From NCBI GenBank assembly GCA_012295275.1, contig CM022679.1, positions 31,620,001 through 31,684,000 of the forward strand: a DNA stretch of 64,000 nt, read 5' to 3'. How positions within the stretch are numbered: position 1 is the stretch's first letter; each line of letters starts with the position of its first letter. Source of the DNA: Chrysomallon squamiferum. Lineage: Eukaryota; Animalia; Mollusca. Positions 58,601-64,000 of this stretch are shown one piece after another. The position numbers and the translations under genes are program-made. The notes under the pieces were generated by a model. The model was not told the origin of the DNA and made no database searches. It was given only the letters and a program-made list of their open reading frames with translations.

Positions 58601-61600
58601 CTTTCTTTCTTTTGTTAGGTAATTGCTAATGTGCTTACTTACATTCTTACTTGCATAGGCAATGTTTTACATACTGACTGGCCTTCTTGCTTACTTAGGT
58701 AACCATTTACGAAGTTATCATGTTTCTTGCTTAGTTAGCAAAGTACTTATGTACTTACTTGCTTTCATGCTTACTTAGGTAATGATTTACGAAATTACCA
58801 GGTTCGTTGCTTAGTTAGCTAATTACTTATGTACTTACTTGCTTTCTTTCTTAGTTAGATAATTGTTAACGTACATAATTACATTCTCACTTTCTAACGT
58901 AATTATTGTCGTTCTTACTTCCTTTCTTCCTTACTTAGGTGATTACAGACGTACTTACTTACATTCAATCTTACTTAGGTAATTACTTACGTAGCTTCCA
59001 GCTTACTTCCTTACTTAGGTAATTATTTACGTACTTACTTACTTTCTTTCTTACTTAGGTAATTGTTTACGTACTTATTTACTTTCCCTCTTTCTTAGGT
59101 AATTAGTAATGTAGTTATTTACATTCTTACTTGCTGAGGTAACTATTGATGTACTTCGTTGCTTTCTTTCTTAGTTAGGTGATTATACACATAATTACTG
59201 ATATTATATCTTACTTACATACTTATTTTAGTAATTAGTAGAGTACTTGATTAGTTATGTAATTATATACCTACTGACTTACTTTCTTTCTTAGTTAGGG
59301 AATTATTTAGTATTTACATACTTTCTTTCTTTCTTAGGTAATTGCTAATGTGCTTACTTACATTCTTACTTGCATAGGCAATGTTTTACATACTGACAGG
59401 CCTTCTTCCTTACTTAGGTAACCATTTACGAAGTTATCATCTTTCTTGCTTAGTTAGCAAAGTACTTATGTACTTACTTGCTTTCATGCTTACTTAGTTA
59501 ATGATTTACGAAATTACCAGGTTCTTTGCTTAGTTAGCTAATTACTTATGTACTTACTTGCTTTCTTTCTTAGTTAGATAATTTTTAACGTACATAATTA
59601 CATTCTCACTTTCTAACGTAATTATTGTCGTTCTTACTTCCTTTCTTGCTTACTTAGGTAATTACAGACGTACTTACTTACATTCTATCTTACTTACGTA
59701 ATTATTTACGTACCTGCCAGCTTACTTCCTTACTTAGGTAATTATTTAAGAAGTTACTTACTTTCTTTCTTACTTAGGTAATTATTTACGTACTTATTTA
59801 CTTTCTTTCTTTCTTAGGTAATTACTGATGTACATCCTTACGTTCTTAGTTGCTTAGGTAATTATTTACGTACTTACTTCGTTTCTTGCTTACTTAGGTA
59901 ATTATACACATATTTACTTATATTCTTTCCTTTTTAAGTAGTTATTTACGTATCTACTAGCTTACTTGCTTACTTAGGTAATTATTTACGTACTTACTTA
60001 CTTTCTTTCTTACTTAGGTAATTATTTACGTACTTATTTACTTCCCGTCTTTCTTAGGTAATTAGTAATGTAGTTATTTACATTCTTAATTGCTGAGGTA
60101 ACTATTGATGTACTTCGTTGCTTTCTTTCTTAGTTATGTGATTATACACATAATTACTGATATTATATCTTACTTACATACTTATTTTAGTAATTAGTAG
60201 AGTACTTGATTAGTTATGTAATTATATACCTACTGACTTACTTTCTTTCTTAGTTAGGGAATTATTTAGTATTTACATACTTTCTTTCTTTCTTAGGTAA
60301 TTGCTAATGTGCTTACTTACATTCTTACTTGCATAGGCAATGTTTTACATACTGACTGGCCTTCTTGCTTACTTAGGTAACCATTTACGAAGTTATCATG
60401 TTTCTTGCTTAGTTAGCAAAGTACTTATGTACTTACTTGCTTTCATGCTTACTTAGGTAATGATTTACGAAATTACCAGGTTCTTTGCTTAGTTAGCTAG
60501 TTACTTATGTACTTACTTGGTTTCTTTCTTAGTTAGATAATTGTTAACGTACATAATTACATTCTCACTTTCTAACGTAATTATTGTCGTTCTTACTTCC
60601 TTTCTTCCTTACTTAGGTGATTACAGACGTACTTACTTACATTCAATCTTACTTAGGTAATTACTTACGTAGCTGCCAGCTTACTTCCTTACTTAGGTAA
60701 TTATTTACGTACTTACTTACTTTCTTTCTTACTTAGGTAATTGTTTACGTACTTATTTACTTTCCCTCTTTCTTAGGTAATTAGTAATGTAGTTATTTAC
60801 ATTCTTACTTGCTGAGGTAACTATTGATGTACTTCGTTGCTTTCTTTCTTAGGTGATTATACACACAATTACTGATGTTATATCTTACTTACATACTTAT
60901 TTAAGTAATTAGTAGAGTACTTGCTTACTTAGGTAATTATATACCTACTGACTTAAATTCTTTGTTACTTAGGGAATTATTTAGTATTTACATACTTTCT
61001 TTCTTTCTTAGGTAATTGCTAATGTGCTTACTTACATTCTTATAGGCAATGTTTTACATACTGACTGGCCTTCTTGCTTACTTAGGTAACCATTTACGAA
61101 GTTATCATCTTTCTTGCTTAGTTAGCAAAGTACTTATGTACTTACTTGCTTTCATGCTTACTTAGTTAATGATTTACGAAATTACCAGGTTCTTTGCTTA
61201 GTTAGCTAATTACTTATGTACTTACTTGCTTTCTTTTAGCTTAGATAATTGTTAACGTACATAATTACATTCTCACTTTCTAACGTAATTATTGTCGTTC
61301 TTACTTCCTTTCTTGCTTACTTAGGTAATTACAGACGTACTTACTTACATTCTATCTTACTTAGGTAATTATTTACGTACCTGCCAGCTTACTTCCTTAC
61401 TTAGGTAATTATTTAAGAAGTTACTTACTTTCTTTCTTACTTAGGTAATTATTTACGTACTTATTTACTTTCTTTCTTTCTTAGGTAATTACTGATGTAC
61501 ATCCTTACGTTCTTAGTTGCTTAGGTAATTATTTACGTACTTAATTACATTATCACTTACGTTTCTTGTTTCTTGCTTACTTAGGTAATTATACACATAT

Positions 61601-64000
61601 TTACTTATATTCTTTCCTTTTTAAGTAGTTATTTACGTATCTACTAGCTTACTTGCTTACTTAGGTAATTATTTACGTACTTACTTACTTTCTTTCTTAC
61701 TTAGGTAATTATTTACGTACTTATTTACTTCCCGTCTTTCTTAGGTAATTAGTAATGTAGTTATTTACATTCTTAATTGCTGAGGTAACTATTGATGTAC
61801 TTCGTTGCTTTCTTTCTTAGTTAGGTGATTATACACATAATTACTGATATTATATCTTACTTACATACTTATTTTAGTAATTAGTAGAGTACTTGATTAG
61901 TTATGTAATTATATACCTACTGACTTACTTTCTTTCTTAGTTAGGGAATTATTTAGTATTTACATACTTTCTTTCTTTCTTAGGTAATTGCTAATGTGCT
62001 TACTTACATTCTTACTTGCATAGGCAATGTTTTACATACTGACAGGCCTTCTTCCTTACTTAGGTAACCATTTACTAAGTTATCATGTTTCTTGCTTAGT
62101 TAGCAAAGTACTTATGTACTTACTTGCTTTCATGCTTTCTTAGGTAATGATTTACGAAATTACCAGGTTCTTTGCTTAGTTAGCTAATTACTTATGTACT
62201 TACTTGCTTTCTTTCTTAGTTAGATAATTGTTAACGTACATAATTACATTCTCACTTTCTAACGTAATTATTGTCGTTCTTACTTCCTTTCTTCCTTACT
62301 TAGGTGATTACAGACGTACTTACTTACATTCAATCTTACTTAGGTAATTACTTACGTAGCTGCCAGCTTACTTCCTTACTTAGGTAATTATTTACGTACT
62401 TACTTACTTTCTTTCTTACTTAGGTAATTGTTTACGTACTTATTTACTTTCCCTCTTTCTTAGGTAATTAGTAATGTAGTTATTTACATTCTTACTTGCT
62501 GAGGTAACTATTGATGTACTTCGTTGCTTTCTTTCTTAGGTGATTATACACACAATTACTGATATTATATCTTACATACTTATTTAAGTAATTAGTAGAG
62601 TACTTGCTTACTTAGGTAATTATATACCTACTGACTTAAATTCTTTTTCTTACTTAGGGAATTATTTAGTATTTACATACTTTCTTTCTTTCTTAGGTAA
62701 TTGCTAATGTGCTTACTTACATTCTTACTTGCATAGGCAATGTTTTACATACTGACTGGCCTTCTTGCTTACTTAGGTAACTATTTACGAAGTTATCATC
62801 TTTCTTGCTTAGTTAGCAAAGTACTTATGTACTTACTTGCTTTCATGCTTACTTAGTTAATGATTTACAGAAATTACCAGGTTCTTTGCTTAGTTAGCTA
62901 ATTACTTATGTACTTACTTGCTTTCTTTCTTAGTTAGATAATTTTTTAACGTACATAATTACATTCTCACTTTCTAACGTAATTATTGTCGTTCTTACTT
63001 CCTTTCTTGCTTACTTAGGTAATTACAGACGTACTTACTTACATTCTATCTTACTTAGGTAATTATTTACGTACCTGCCAGCTTACTTCCTTACTTAGGT
63101 AATTATTTAAGAAGTTACTTACTTTCTTTTTCTTACTTAGGTAATTATTTACGTACTTATTTACTTTCTTTCTTTCTTAGGTAATTACTAATGTACATCC
63201 TTACGTTCTTAGTTGCGCTTAGGTAATTATTTACGGACTTAATTACATTATCACTTACTTAGGTAATTAAGGACGTTTCTTTCGTTTCTTGCTTACTTAG
63301 GTAATTATACACATATTTACTTATATTCTTTCCTTTTTAAGTAGTTATTTACGTATCTACTAGCTTACTTGCTTACTTAGGTAATTATTTACGTACTTAC
63401 TTACTTTCTTTCTTTCTTACTTAGGTAATTATTTACGTACTTATTTACTTCCCCTCTTTCTTAGGTAATTAGTAATGTAGTTATTTACATTCTTAATTGC
63501 TGAGGTAACTATTGATGTACTTCGTTGCTTTCTTTCTTAGTTAGGTGATTATACACATAATTACTGATATTATATCTTACTTACATACTTATTTTAGTAA
63601 TTAGTAGAGTACTTGATTAGTTATGTAATTATATACCTACTGACTTTCTTTTTTACTTAGTTAGGGAATTATTTAGTATTTACATACTTTCTTTCTTTCT
63701 TAGGTAATTGCTAATGTGCTTACTTACATTCTTACTTGCATAGGCAATGTTTTACATACTGACTGGCCTTCTTCTTTACTTACTTAGGTAACCATTTACT
63801 AAGTTATCATGTTTCTTTCTTAGTTAGCAAAGTACTTATGTACTTACTTGCTTTCATGCTTTCTTAGGTAATGATTTACGAAATTACCAGGATCTTTGCT
63901 TAGTTAGCTAATTACTTATGTATTTACTTGCTTTCTTTCTTAGTTAGATAATTGTTAACGTACATAATTACATTCTCACTTTCTAACGTAATTATTGTCG
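49691..64000. repeat. 40-bp satellite (satellite B) with higher-order repeat structure
   Basis: Consensus CTTACTTAGGTAATTATTTACGTACTTACTTACTTTCTTT; ACTTAGGTAA recurs every 40 bp (e.g. 50341, 50381, 50421). Diverged monomer types recur in a fixed order at ~0.71-, ~1.0- and ~0.4-kb spacing. Confidence 0.97.

Noticed and set aside
49691-64000. CRISPR-like array or arthropod TTAGG telomere
   Set aside because: Monomer variants recur in fixed HOR order, and TTAGG occurs once per 40-mer rather than as tandem pentamers.

Overview
Eukaryotic (animal-like, AT- and microsatellite-rich) scaffold region made of four contigs joined by three 200-N gaps (910-1109, 29747-29946, 49491-49690). (i) 1-29746 is a 53-bp satellite built from about nine degenerate TTAGGG-like hexamers. 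The contig starting at 1110 begins with a near-perfect Oxford Nanopore adapter, so much of its apparent degeneracy may be technical. (ii) 29947-49490 holds about 2.2 head-to-tail copies of a ~6.96-kb unit followed by an inverted partial copy. The unit carries a 3-exon gene for a secreted protein (signal peptide + lysozyme/lytic-transglycosylase-like ES...GIWQ domain + truncated vWA domain), a decayed pogo/Tigger-type DDE transposase, a 46-bp minisatellite and many microsatellites. Only one of the four gene copies lacks an in-frame TGA at Trp115. The last two copies form a ~3.1-kb-arm palindrome with exon 1 in the loop. (iii) 49691-64000 is a 40-bp satellite (10 x NNTA-type tetramers) with a clear higher-order repeat of ~1.7/2.1 kb. 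No rRNA, tRNA or CRISPR was seen. Most listed ORFs are repeat artefacts.
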